The notes under the pieces are model-generated. The model did no database searches and had not been told where the DNA came from. It saw only the letters and a list, made by a program, of their open reading frames with translations. Shown here piece by piece: positions 1-9,700 of a stretch of DNA of 64,000 bases. Source of the stretch: an uncultured delta proteobacterium. Its GTDB lineage: Bacteria; Myxococcota; UBA727; VGSZ01. Every line of letters starts with the position of its first letter. The stretch's first letter is position 1. The stretch spans positions 1,056,001 through 1,120,000 of the forward strand of contig CAVZJB010000011.1 in NCBI GenBank assembly GCA_963775425.1. The letters are read 5' to 3'. A program made the translations under genes and the position numbers.

Positions 1-308
1 ACCAGGGTGGGCGGGAGCGCGCGGCGGACCTTGCCGATGGCGGACCACCAGTAGTCGTGGTTGCCACGGGTGAGCACCTTGACGCGTCCGGGGCGCGCCG
101 CGATCCACGCGAGGTCCTTGGCTGCCTCTTCGAGCTTCATGGCCCACGAGAGGTCGCCGGGGCAAAGCACGACGTCGTCGGCGCCCACCATCTCGTCCCA
201 CGCCGCCGCCATCTTCTCGTGGTGGCCGCGCCAGTGCTCGCCGAAGACGTGCATGGGCTTGTCCGTCGAGAAGGACAGGTGCAGGTCCGAGATCCCGTAG
301 ATCCTCAT
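1..308 (-). CDS. Calcineurin-like metallophosphoesterase (DR1119-like), partial; 3' end lies outside the window
   Basis: Not in the ORF track. Manual translation from ATG at 308: MRIYGISDLHLSFSTDKPMHVFGEHW...CPGDLSWAM...RGNHDYWW, with DxH, GD and GNHD motifs. Confidence 0.85.
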   Translation of the reverse strand, partial: MRIYGISDLHLSFSTDKPMHVFGEHWRGHHEKMAAAWDEMVGADDVVLCPGDLSWAMKLEEAAKDLAWIAARPGRVKVLTRGNHDYWWSAIGKVRRALPPTL

Positions 309-371
309 GACGTCGGCGGGCTATCAAATGTCCCGATGGTTGGCGATGCACCAAGAGACGACCACGGCCGG

Positions 372-959
372 ATGCCCGCGGTCCTGCCCACGATCTTCCC
401 CGCGCCGGTGTCGTGGCCCGCGGTGTTCGGCCGGCGCGCGCCGCTCGAGGTGGAGCTCGGCTTCGGCCGGCCGCACTTCCTCCTCGAGAGGGCGCGCGAG
501 GCGCCGGAGCGCGACATCGTCGGCATCGAGTGGAAGGGCCGCTGGCCGCGCGCGGTGTGGGAGAAGCAGGCGCGCGGCGAGGCGCCCAACGTGCGCGCGG
601 TGCACGGCAACGCGTGGCTGCTGTTCGGGGCGCTGTTTCAACCGTCATCGCTGTCGTCCATCTTCATCAACTTCCCGGACCCCTGGTGGAAGGCGCGCCA
701 CAAGAAGCGGCGCATCGTGAGCGACGCCTTCGCCTCGCTGTTCGCCAGCCGCCTCGTCCCCGGCGGCATGGTGCTGGTGCAGACGGACGTGGCGTCCCTC
801 CTCGAGGAGATGCTCGAGCGGCTCGAGGTGCAGCTCGACAACCCCTGGGGACGTGGGCGTTTGTGCCCGAAAAAGCCGGTCGGCGCGTCGTCGCACCGCG
901 AGAAGCGCTGCCGCGCCGACGGTGTGCCGATCTTTCGCGCCGTCGTCGTGAAGCGCTAA
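372..959 (+). CDS. trmB: tRNA (guanine-N7)-methyltransferase
   Basis: LEVELGFG..F, VGIE, NFPDPWWKARHKKRRI and QTD motifs. Start uncertain (ATG 336 or 372). Confidence 0.85.
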   Translation: MPAVLPTIFPAPVSWPAVFGRRAPLEVELGFGRPHFLLERAREAPERDIVGIEWKGRWPRAVWEKQARGEAPNVRAVHGNAWLLFGALFQPSSLSSIFINFPDPWWKARHKKRRIVSDAFASLFASRLVPGGMVLVQTDVASLLEEMLERLEVQLDNPWGRGRLCPKKPVGASSHREKRCRADGVPIFRAVVVKR

Positions 960-971
960 CGTCGACGCGAG

Positions 972-2514
972 ATGCGCCCGCTCGCCCTCCTCGCGCTCCT
1001 CCTCGCGCCCGCCGCGCCCCCGCCGGTGGGCGCGTCGGCGGCGTCTTCGCGCCACGCGCTTCACCTGCTGCTCACCACCGACGAGCACGGCTGGCTCGAG
1101 CCGCTCAAGGACAACAAGGCCAAGGTCGCGCGCGGCGGCGTCGTCAACCTCTATGACACGCTCCGCGCCGAGGGCTACCCCGGCGCCGGCTTCGTGCTCC
1201 TCAGCGACGGCGACATGTGGACGGGCCCGTACGAGAGCACGGTGCGCGAGGGCGCCCCCATGGTCGCGGCCATGAGCCGCATGGGCTACGCCGCCGCCGC
1301 CGTCGGCAACCACGAGTTCGACTTCGGCGTCCGCGCGCTCGACCAGCGCGCCAAGGCCTCGAAGTTCCCGTTCCTCGCGGCCAACCTCGTCGAGCGCGCC
1401 ACCGGGAAGATCCCGTCGTGGGCCAAGCCGTTCGTCGTCCTCGACGTCGACGGTGTGAAGCTCGGCGTGGTGGGCCTCGCGTGCATCGAGTCGCCCGAGA
1501 CCACCGATCCGAAGAACCTTACGGGCCTCGACTTCCTCCAGTACGCCGCGAGCCTTGACCGGTGGATCCCCAAGGCGCGCGCGGCCGGCGCCGAGGAGAT
1601 CGTCGTGCTCGTGCACGAGTCGATGTCGGCGGAGCAGGCGCTCATGCCCACGCTGCGCAAGCACCACGTGCGCGCCGTCGCGTTCGGCCACCACCACGTG
1701 CAGGGCACCGACATCGACGACAACGGCACCGCCGACGTCGACGACGACGTCGTCGCCTGCAACGCCGGCGCGTACATGCGCAGCTTCTGCCGCATCGACC
1801 TGGAGCTCGAGGGGCGCACGCTCGTGTCGCGCAAGGTCGAGATCAAGCAGGTGACGAGGCCGCTCGGCGAGGCGCCGCCGCCGGTCGCCGATCACCCGCC
1901 GGCCGGCGATCCGCGCCTCTCGGCCATCGTCGCCGATGCGGAGAGGTCCGCCGAGAAGATGGGCGGCGAGGTGCTCGTCGAAAACGCCGCGCTCCTCGAG
2001 CGCGGGCCCGACGGCCCGCTCGGCCAGCTCGTCGTCGACGCGTGGCGGAGCGCGCTGCCCTACGCGCAGGTGGCGGTCACCAACGCGGGCGGCCTGCGCC
2101 AGGACCTGCCCGCGGGCCCGGTGCGGGTGCGGGACGTCGTGAGCGTGCTGCCGTTCAACAACACGCTGCTCGTCGTCGATTCTCACGGGCAAGCAACTGC
2201 GCGAGATCCTCTCGCTGCCGTACTCCGTCGTGAGCGGCGTGCGCTTCACGTACAAAGACGACGGCGAAGCCCGCGCCGTGACGTCCCTGGTGGACGAGAC
2301 CGGCAAAGCGGTGGCCGACGACGCGCGGCTCAAGGTCATCATCAACGACTTCATGTTCCGTGGCGGCGACGGCTATCCCTTCCAGGCGTGGCACACCGAG
2401 CCCGAGGAGACCGCCATCGACTGGCGCGAGCCGGTGCTGCGCGCGCTGCGCCAGATGGGGAAGGCCAGGAAGAAGCTGGTGGTCAGGGCCGATGATCGGG
2501 CGAAGAAGCTGTAG
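972..2514 (+). CDS. Secreted bifunctional 5'-nucleotidase/metallophosphoesterase (one +1 frameshift at about 2180)
   Basis: Signal peptide; TDEHG, DGD, GNHEFD; C-domain NAGGLRQDL..G..LPFNNTL. Removing one T at GATTC 2178-2182 joins ORF 972 to ORF 2230-2514 (DLTGKQLREILSLPYSVVSG...NDFMFRGGDGY). Confidence 0.85.
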
Positions 2515-2890
2515 ACGCGGCGCCTGCCGGCTTCTGCTTCGCCTCGACGACGATCCAGTCGCTGCCGTCGGTGGTCATCCCCTCGAAGCTCACCACGCGC
2601 CACGGGACGCCGCCGGCGGTCTCGCGCCACAGGTCCGAGCCCTGCGGCCGCACCACCACGCCCCGCTGTTTGCCGCCTTCTTCGACGACGACGTGGAAAG
2701 CGCCGGCGCCGGCCGCCTCCCAGCGGTCGTACCGGAAGGTGGCGCCGTACGGGGAGGACCAGTCGTCGCCCACCGCGATGCGACCCGAGCGCGACGACGG
2801 CGGCGGCGGCGACAGCGCCACCCACGCGCCGGCGCCGAGCGCGAGCACCGCGAGCGCTGCGCCGGCGAACAGCGCGGGCTTGCGCGTCAT
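2483..2890 (-). CDS. Small exported or membrane-anchored hypothetical protein (WSSPYGATF domain)
   Basis: C-terminal part of ORF 2483-4021 from ATG 2890 (MTRKPALFAGAALAVLALG); ATGA overlap with the upstream gene. Confidence 0.65.
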   Translation of the reverse strand: MTRKPALFAGAALAVLALGAGAWVALSPPPPSSRSGRIAVGDDWSSPYGATFRYDRWEAAGAGAFHVVVEEGGKQRGVVVRPQGSDLWRETAGGVPWRVVSFEGMTTDGSDWIVVEAKQKPAGAASTASSPDHRP

Positions 2891-4113
2891 GGCTTGCGCG
2901 CCAGGACGACGATCCACGTCGCCTGGGTACCCGTGTCGTCCCAGCTCGAGAGCTTGAACGGGACCCCGACCGCGGTGCGCTCGCCCCTGGCCTCGTGCGC
3001 GCCGAAGCGCACCGTCTGCGTGTCGCCGCCCTTCTCGACGTCGATGATGAAGCCGAGATCGGGCACGTCCGCGATGCCCGCGTCGTACGTGCCGGCGTAG
3101 GTGAACGTGGCCCCGTACGGCGACGTCCACGACTCGTGGAAGTGGAGCAGGTGCTCGCTGGTGTCCGGGCGGCGCAGCCGGTTGAACGCGATGAGCGCCA
3201 CGAGCAGCGCCGCCACCGTGCCCGCGGCGACGAGCATCTTCCTCTTTCGCGCGCGCTCCGCCGGCGTGGGCGGCAGCTTGTCGCGCCAGCTCACGCGGGG
3301 CAGCGGCGCCGGCGGCGGCGCGGAGGGCTCGCCGACCTCCTCCGGCAGCGTGGCGCTCGGATCGTGCGCCGCGCGGCGGGGATCCACGGCGAGGTCCAGG
3401 CTCGGCAGCGGCGCCGGTTGAAACGGCGCCGGCTGCTGCCCCGCTTCGCGCTTCGGCGGAGGGAACCTGCGCATGAGCCACGCGGCCACCACGCCGGCGT
3501 GCGCGAGATCGGCGGTGCCCACCTCGTCGAGCCCGGAGAGCTTGGCGCCGTGGCGCTCGAGCCCGCGCTCGATGTGCGCGTGCTTGGCGCGCTTGTGGAC
3601 GAAGTCGACGAAGGCCTCCACGACGTCGTCGGGCTCTTCGGCGTGCTTGACGATCTTGCCGAGCTCGGCGCCGGGGATGCGCACGATGACGGCGCCGGGG
3701 CCGTCGCGCAGCCCGAGCACGACAAAGAGCCGGCGCGCGCCGGCCGCCGACTGGCCGCCGGTGACGACGAGCCGGATGCTCGACGAGCCCACCTTGAGCT
3801 CCTCGCCGCTCGGGCCGATGAACAGGAGCCCGTCGCCCTGCGGCTCGGCCCAGGTGGCCTCGAACGCTTGCTCGACGGCCTCGGCGACGTCGTATTGCTG
3901 AACGACGTGCGGGACCAGGCCCGCTGCGGCGAGGCGGTCGGCGATGGCGGTGGCCTCCCGCTGCGTCTGCGCGCTCAGGACGACGCGGCCGAGCGACGGC
4001 GCGACGAGCGCGCGGCGCCACTCGGCTTCGGGCTTGCGCGTGTCCCTGGCGAGGCGCTCGATGAGCTCGTCGTCGAGGTTGGTGACGCCGTCGATGGCGA
4101 CCAGGAGCTTCAT
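2887..4113 (-). CDS. Hypothetical single-pass membrane protein
   Basis: 408 aa, protein-like composition, Pro-rich linker, one TM (MLVAAGTVAALLVALIAF), C-terminal WTSPYGATF domain. Confidence 0.7.
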   Translation of the reverse strand: MKLLVAIDGVTNLDDELIERLARDTRKPEAEWRRALVAPSLGRVVLSAQTQREATAIADRLAAAGLVPHVVQQYDVAEAVEQAFEATWAEPQGDGLLFIGPSGEELKVGSSSIRLVVTGGQSAAGARRLFVVLGLRDGPGAVIVRIPGAELGKIVKHAEEPDDVVEAFVDFVHKRAKHAHIERGLERHGAKLSGLDEVGTADLAHAGVVAAWLMRRFPPPKREAGQQPAPFQPAPLPSLDLAVDPRRAAHDPSATLPEEVGEPSAPPPAPLPRVSWRDKLPPTPAERARKRKMLVAAGTVAALLVALIAFNRLRRPDTSEHLLHFHESWTSPYGATFTYAGTYDAGIADVPDLGFIIDVEKGGDTQTVRFGAHEARGERTAVGVPFKLSSWDDTGTQATWIVVLARKP

Positions 4114-4148
4114 GAGCGGAATCTACATCAGCGCGCGCGCCCCGGGCA

Positions 4149-4178
4149 CGTCGCCGACCCGTCGCCGACCCGTCGCCG
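4149..4178. repeat. 11-bp tandem direct repeat (CGTCGCCGACC x2.7), intergenic
   Basis: Read directly; lies just upstream of the putative -10 box (4120-4125) of the 4113 gene. Confidence 0.6.
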
Positions 4179-4192
4179 CCGGCCCGCGGGGC

Positions 4193-5392
4193 TCACGCTC
4201 GAACCGCGCGCCAGGCGGCGCCGACGGCGACGAGCGCGAGGGCGGCCAACGCGCCCCACGTCGCCGCCGCGCCGGCGTGTTGGAGCAGCGCGCCGCACAG
4301 GAGCGCACCGAGCGCGCCGCCGACGCCGAACGACGACGACACCACGGTCCCCTGCGCGGCCTGCCGCATGTGCGCCGGCGACCGCTGGGCGACGAGGCCG
4401 ACCAGCGCCGCAAAGAACAGGCCGAAGGTGATGCCATGAAGTCCGTTGAGCGCGACGAAGGCGACAGGAGAGGTCGTGATGGCGGTGAGCGAGAAGCGAA
4501 CGAAGGCGAGCGCGGTGGTGGCGACGAGCACCCTCTTGCCGCCGAAGCGCCCGATCACGAGCCCGCTCATGCGAAGCGCGGCCACCTCGACGACGATGGC
4601 GGCGGCGAGGCTGCCGGCGACGCTCCACGTGGGCAGCCCGCGGGCCGCGGCGAGCGGCAACAGGAAGCTCACGTAGCCGATGTGGCTGCACCACAGGATC
4701 GTGGTGGTGAGGAACAGCCCGCGCATGTCCTTTCCGAGGAGGACGGGCAGGACGTCGCGCGCCCGGCCGAGCGCCGGCCGCGCCAGGCGCGGCACGAACA
4801 AGACGGCGACGCCGGCGGCGCCCGTGAGCACGGCGCAGGCGGGGAAGACGATCGAGGGGAGCGGGACGAAGGTGCCGCGGTCGACCAGCATCGTCGACGA
4901 AAACGACGTCACGCCGAACCCGACCGTGCCCCACAGGCGCCAACGCCCGAAGTGGCGCGCGGCGCTCGGCTTCCCCTCTCGCGAGGCGGGGGCTCGCTCC
5001 CCGCGTCCTGCCGGCTCCCCGCCGGTGAGCGCCGTCAACGTCAGCCCGTCGAGCATGCTCCCCGACGGGCCGCACAGCAGGCCGTAGAGGCCGAACACGA
5101 CGACGGCGGCGGGGGCGCGCGTCACGAACGACAGCGCGGCGAGGAGCGCGGCGCCCGACAAGAGCGCGGCCGCTGCGAAGGGGCGCGCGTCGCCGCGCTT
5201 GTCGGCGAGGATCCCCCACAGGCCGGGGCCGACGACGGCGAGCACGCTGCGCGCGGCCCACATGGCGCCGACGGCGGACAACGAGAGGCCGGCGTTCATC
5301 ATCGCGGCGGACGTCAGCGGGAGTTGGAGCCCGCTCGATGAGAACGCGAGCGCGTAGGCGACGGCCAGGACGAGGAGGGCAGGGTTGTTCAG
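4193..5392 (-). CDS. MFS transporter (MFS_1-like, nucleoside/sugar permease type)
   Basis: Multiple TM helices, WGILADKRG and FGRWRLWGTVGF motifs. The frame stays open upstream of ATG 5302 through a hydrophobic TM1 to a CTG at 5392; start uncertain. Confidence 0.85.
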   Translation of the reverse strand: MNNPALLVLAVAYALAFSSSGLQLPLTSAAMMNAGLSLSAVGAMWAARSVLAVVGPGLWGILADKRGDARPFAAAALLSGAALLAALSFVTRAPAAVVVFGLYGLLCGPSGSMLDGLTLTALTGGEPAGRGERAPASREGKPSAARHFGRWRLWGTVGFGVTSFSSTMLVDRGTFVPLPSIVFPACAVLTGAAGVAVLFVPRLARPALGRARDVLPVLLGKDMRGLFLTTTILWCSHIGYVSFLLPLAAARGLPTWSVAGSLAAAIVVEVAALRMSGLVIGRFGGKRVLVATTALAFVRFSLTAITTSPVAFVALNGLHGITFGLFFAALVGLVAQRSPAHMRQAAQGTVVSSSFGVGGALGALLCGALLQHAGAAATWGALAALALVAVGAAWRAVRA

Positions 5393-5452
5393 GCGACGGG
5401 CATGCTAGCGTCCCCCGAGGCAGGAGGCCTCATCCATGAGGGTACAACCAAC

Positions 5453-6799
5453 ATGACGGCGAGGGAGACGGCCGAGAGCTTGTTCGCCAAGGGCGACGCG
5501 TCCTTCAAGCGTGGCCAGTGGCGGCCGGCCATCCAGGCGTTCGCCGGCGTGGTGAAGGCCGTGCCCGGGCACCTGCGCGCCCGCTTTCGCGTGGCCGACG
5601 CGCTCCTCAACATCGGGCGGCGCGACCTCGCCGTCGACGTCTACAAGGCCATCGCCGCGCACGCCACCAACGGCGGCTACCCGCTCGTCGGCCTGGTCGC
5701 GGCCAAGATGGTCCTCCTGCTCGAGCCGGCCGACGAGGAAGTGGTGCTCGCGCTCGCGGAGCTCTACGCCAAGGAGAGCGCGCGCGTGGACGGCCTCTGG
5801 GACGGCCCGGCGCTCGTCGCGGCCGGCGAGCAGCCCGCGTCGTCGTTGACGCTCGACGGGGACGAGCTCCTGGCGCACGCGGCGCGGATCGCGGCGGGGG
5901 CCGAGGGGACACCGCCGCACCCGGATGCGGCGCGGCCGCTCCCTGCGGTCGCCGAGCGCCTGCCGGCCATCCCGCTGTTCTCGTTCTTCGACGAGGACGC
6001 CTTCGTGGAGGTGCTCGGCAACCTGCGCCTGCGCCGCTTCGCCGACGAGGAGATCATCATTCGCGAAGGCGAGCGCGGCGAGAGCTTCTTCATGGTCGCC
6101 GACGGCGACGTGCTCGTGAAGCGCGACATCGACGACGACGAGGGCGGCGTCACGCTCGCCCATCTGCACCGCGGCAGCGTGTTCGGCGAGATGGCCCTCA
6201 TCTCGGACGAGCCCCGGCAGGCCAGCGTGGTGGCCAAGGGCGACGTCGACGTCCTCGAGATGAAGCGCAGCAATCTCATCGTCGCCGCGGCGCACCACGA
6301 GGGCGTGTCGCAGGCGCTCAAGCTGTTCACGCGCGAGCGCTTCCTGCGCAACCTCACCGCCACCCACCCGTTCTTCTCCGGGCTCTCGCGCGAAGATCGC
6401 CACGAAGTGATGGAGAGCTTCCGCATCGTCACCTGCGCGCAGGGCCACGAGCTCATCCAGGAGGGCGCCGCCGCCCCTGGGCTGTTCCTGCTCCTCGGCG
6501 GCTCCGCCAGCGTCGACAAGCAGGCCGGCGGCGATCGGGTTCACCTCGCCACGCTCCGCGGCGGCGACGTCTGCGGCGAGATGTCCCTCATCGGCGATCA
6601 GCCCACCACGGCCACCGTCACCGCCGAAGAGGACCTCGAGGCGTTGTTCCTCGCGCGCGAGGACTTCAAGGCCGTGGTGCGTCGTCACCCCGAGCTGATG
6701 AAGTACCTCGCCGGTCTCACGGACGAGCGGCTGCGGCAGAACCGCGCGCTCCTCCACGCGCGCGGCCTCCTCGAGGACGACGAGCACGTGATGATCTGA
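5453..6799 (+). CDS. TPR plus tandem cyclic nucleotide-binding domain protein
   Basis: N-terminal TPR-like helices; two CNB domains (IIREGE..GSVFGEMALISDEPRQASV; LIQEG..GDVCGEMSLIGDQPTTATV). Confidence 0.85.
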   Translation: MTARETAESLFAKGDASFKRGQWRPAIQAFAGVVKAVPGHLRARFRVADALLNIGRRDLAVDVYKAIAAHATNGGYPLVGLVAAKMVLLLEPADEEVVLALAELYAKESARVDGLWDGPALVAAGEQPASSLTLDGDELLAHAARIAAGAEGTPPHPDAARPLPAVAERLPAIPLFSFFDEDAFVEVLGNLRLRRFADEEIIIREGERGESFFMVADGDVLVKRDIDDDEGGVTLAHLHRGSVFGEMALISDEPRQASVVAKGDVDVLEMKRSNLIVAAAHHEGVSQALKLFTRERFLRNLTATHPFFSGLSREDRHEVMESFRIVTCAQGHELIQEGAAAPGLFLLLGGSASVDKQAGGDRVHLATLRGGDVCGEMSLIGDQPTTATVTAEEDLEALFLAREDFKAVVRRHPELMKYLAGLTDERLRQNRALLHARGLLEDDEHVMI

Positions 6800-6820
6800 G
6801 CCGAACGGGCTCGCGTCGCG

Positions 6821-6842
6821 GCCGGGGGGCTCGTCCCCCGGC
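6821..6842 (+). terminator. GC-rich hairpin after the cNMP gene
   Basis: GCCGGGGG...CCCCCGGC inverted repeat about 20 nt after the stop; no U-tract. Confidence 0.35.
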
Positions 6843-6866
6843 GCCGCTATCGGTACATTCGGCGGG

Positions 6867-8267
6867 ATGGAGGGCACCCCGAACGGCCTCGCGTATTTCG
6901 CGCTCTTCGCCTTCATCCCGTTCGGCCTGGGGCTCTTCTCGCTCGCTCGTCCGTCCATCGCCGCCCTGCTCGTCTTCCTGCTGTCGTACATGTTCCTGCC
7001 GGAGATCGTGTCGCTCGACCTGCCGGGCTTCCCCGGCTTCGGCAAGCAGGAGGTGGCGGCGCTCACGGCGTTGCTCGGCTGCCTCCTGCGCGCGCGCCGG
7101 AAGCTGTGGGCCGCACGTCCGCTGCGTGGTCCCGACCTGCTCATCCTGCTGCTGTTCGTCGGCGACATCCTCACGGCGCTCACCAACCGCGACCCGATCG
7201 CGCACGGCCCGACGCACCTGCCGGGGCTGTCGCTCCACGAGGGCATCAGCCTCATCATCTACGACTCCTTTCACTACTTCATCCCGTTCCTCCTCGGGCG
7301 CGCGCTGTTCGTCACCACCAAGGACGTGCGGCAGCTCCTGGCGGCGATGGCGCTGGCGGCGGCGGCGTACACGCCGTTTCTCTTCATCGAGATCATGATG
7401 TCGCCGCAGATGAACGTGTGGATCTACGGCTTTCACCAGCACAGCTTCCTCCAGACGCTGCGCGGCGGCGGTTACCGGCCGATGGTGTTCATGCCGCACG
7501 GCCTCGCCGTCGGGCTGTTCATGGCCCAGGGCTCCATGGCCGCCCTGCTGCTGTTCCGCCTGAGGAAGGCGGTGTTGGGCTTGCCCTCGGCGTTCGTCGG
7601 CGCCTGGGACTTCGGCTTCCTCATCGCCTGCAAGAGCCTCGGCGCCGCCGTCTACACCCTCGCCATGGGCCCGGTGCTCTGGTTGCTCCGCCCGAAGGGC
7701 ATGGTGCGCATCGCGAGCATCCTCGCCGCCCTGGTGCTGACCTATCCCGTGCTGCGCGCCACGAGCATCTTCCCCGAGCAGGGGCTCGTGAGCGTCGCCA
7801 AGAGCGTCGCCGGAGGCGCGCGGGCGCAGTCGCTGGCGTACCGCTTCCACATGGAGACGGTGTTGTCCGATCACGCGCGCGAACGGCCGCTCTTCGGCTG
7901 GGGCCGCTTCCGCCGCAACATGGTGTTCGACGACTACACGGGCCGCGACGTCTCGGTCAGCGACGGCTTTTGGATCGTCACCTACTCCATCCGCGGCGCG
8001 TGGGGCTTCATCTGCTCGTTCTTGTTGATCCTGTCGCCCATCTTCTATTTGCGCCGGCGCCTGCGGCGCATCACCGAGAAGGACGAGCGCTTGATGCTGG
8101 CGGGCCTCGCGTGCATCTACGCCGTGGGAGCCGTCGACCTGTTGCCGAATGCGCTTCAGAACGTGATCACGCTGTTCGTCGGTGGCGCCCTCTACGGCGC
8201 CACGCGTTCGTTCTCGCTCGCACGGTCCGAACCGCCTGAACCGCCACTCGAGGAGTCGCCGTCGTGA
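6867..8267 (+). CDS. Wzy polymerase / O-antigen ligase-like membrane protein
   Basis: Many TM segments, YRPMVFMPHGL and RAQSLAYRF..ERPLFGWG motifs; polysaccharide-cluster context. Confidence 0.75.
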   Translation: MEGTPNGLAYFALFAFIPFGLGLFSLARPSIAALLVFLLSYMFLPEIVSLDLPGFPGFGKQEVAALTALLGCLLRARRKLWAARPLRGPDLLILLLFVGDILTALTNRDPIAHGPTHLPGLSLHEGISLIIYDSFHYFIPFLLGRALFVTTKDVRQLLAAMALAAAAYTPFLFIEIMMSPQMNVWIYGFHQHSFLQTLRGGGYRPMVFMPHGLAVGLFMAQGSMAALLLFRLRKAVLGLPSAFVGAWDFGFLIACKSLGAAVYTLAMGPVLWLLRPKGMVRIASILAALVLTYPVLRATSIFPEQGLVSVAKSVAGGARAQSLAYRFHMETVLSDHARERPLFGWGRFRRNMVFDDYTGRDVSVSDGFWIVTYSIRGAWGFICSFLLILSPIFYLRRRLRRITEKDERLMLAGLACIYAVGAVDLLPNALQNVITLFVGGALYGATRSFSLARSEPPEPPLEESPS

Positions 8268-9700
8268 AGATCGCCGTTGCCGCCATCGTCGCGCTGTCTT
8301 GCGCGTGTACGCCGAGCAAGGCGCGCTCGGCGGAGAAGCACGACGTGGGCACGAACCTCGCGCCGGTCCGCGACTGGAGCCCGGAGCGACCCTTCGCAGA
8401 CTTGATGAAGCAGTCGCGAGCGTGGATCTCGAACACGTCCGAGACCTGGGACGACGGCCGCCCGCTCGCCGTCGACGCGCACGGTTGGGTCCGCTCGCTC
8501 CTGCCAGGGCAGCGCGCACGGACGTTGGTGATGTGGGGCGAGCCCATCGAAAAGGGCGACTACGTGGTCACCTGGAGCGGGCACGGCACGCTCGACTTCT
8601 GGCCGCAGGACACGCCGTCGTCGTCGTCGGGCCGCGCGGTCATCCACGCGGATCCCGCGCGGGGCGGGCTGGCCGTGACCGTCACCGCCCTGGATGCGAA
8701 GGATCCGGTGAGGGATATCCACGTGGTCCGTTCCGGCGACGAGGGGAAGGAATTCTCGCCCAGGTTCCTCGAGAGCTTGCACGGGTACTCCACGCTGCGC
8801 TTCATGGACTGGATGGAGACCAACGACGCGAAGGCCGTCCACTTCAGCGAGCGCCCCACGGTCGCCGACGCCCGCTGGAGCGAGCGCGGGGTGCCGCTCG
8901 AGGTCATGGTGGATCTCTGCAACCAGACGAAGACGGACATGTGGCTCACCATCCCCGACACCTGGGACGCCGACGCCGTCGCCCGCGCCGCGGCGCTCGT
9001 CCACCAGCGCCTCGACCCCAAGCGCACGCTCTACGTCGAGCACTCGAACGAGGTCTGGAACGGCATGTTCCAGCAGGCCAAGCGTGCGCAAGCCGCGGGG
9101 CTCGCGCGCGGCCTCTCGAAGAACCCGTTCGAGGCACAGTTGCGCGAGCACGCACAGAAGAGCGGGGAGGTCTTCGCCGCCTTCGCCAAGGTGTTCGCCA
9201 AGGATCGGTATCGCCTCGTGCGCGTGTTGGGGTCGCAGGCAGCGACGCCGTGGGCCTCCGAGGTGCTCTTGTCGGAGAAGGGGGTCTCGGCGGACGCGGT
9301 CGCCATCGCCCCCTACTTCGGCGCCGGCGTGCGCGGCGGCACCGTCGACGAGATCATGAAGCAGCTCGGCAAGAGCATCGACGAGCAAAACGAGCTCATC
9401 CAGAAGCACAAGAGGATCGCGGCGCACTATGGCGTCCGTCTGCTCGCGTACGAGGGCGGCCAGCACCTGGTCGGCGACAACAAGGCGTTCATCGACGCCA
9501 ACCGCGACCCGCGCATGAGGGCGCTCTACCTGCGTTCCCTGAAGGGTTGGAGCGAAGGTGGCGGCGGGCTCTTCCTGCACTACTACGACGTCGGCATGCC
9601 GGGTAAGTTCGGATCCTGGGGCGCGCGCGAGCACGTCGATCAACCGCGGGCCCAGGCGCCCAAGCTCGATGCCCTGATGACGTTCGCGGAGAATCGATGA
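8264..9700 (+). CDS. Putative glycoside-hydrolase-like lipoprotein of the polysaccharide locus
   Basis: Lipobox-like LSCAC; LRFMDW, YVEHSNEVWN and LAYEGGQHL motifs resembling clan GH-A catalytic Glu positions. Confidence 0.6.
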   Translation: MKIAVAAIVALSCACTPSKARSAEKHDVGTNLAPVRDWSPERPFADLMKQSRAWISNTSETWDDGRPLAVDAHGWVRSLLPGQRARTLVMWGEPIEKGDYVVTWSGHGTLDFWPQDTPSSSSGRAVIHADPARGGLAVTVTALDAKDPVRDIHVVRSGDEGKEFSPRFLESLHGYSTLRFMDWMETNDAKAVHFSERPTVADARWSERGVPLEVMVDLCNQTKTDMWLTIPDTWDADAVARAAALVHQRLDPKRTLYVEHSNEVWNGMFQQAKRAQAAGLARGLSKNPFEAQLREHAQKSGEVFAAFAKVFAKDRYRLVRVLGSQAATPWASEVLLSEKGVSADAVAIAPYFGAGVRGGTVDEIMKQLGKSIDEQNELIQKHKRIAAHYGVRLLAYEGGQHLVGDNKAFIDANRDPRMRALYLRSLKGWSEGGGGLFLHYYDVGMPGKFGSWGAREHVDQPRAQAPKLDALMTFAENR

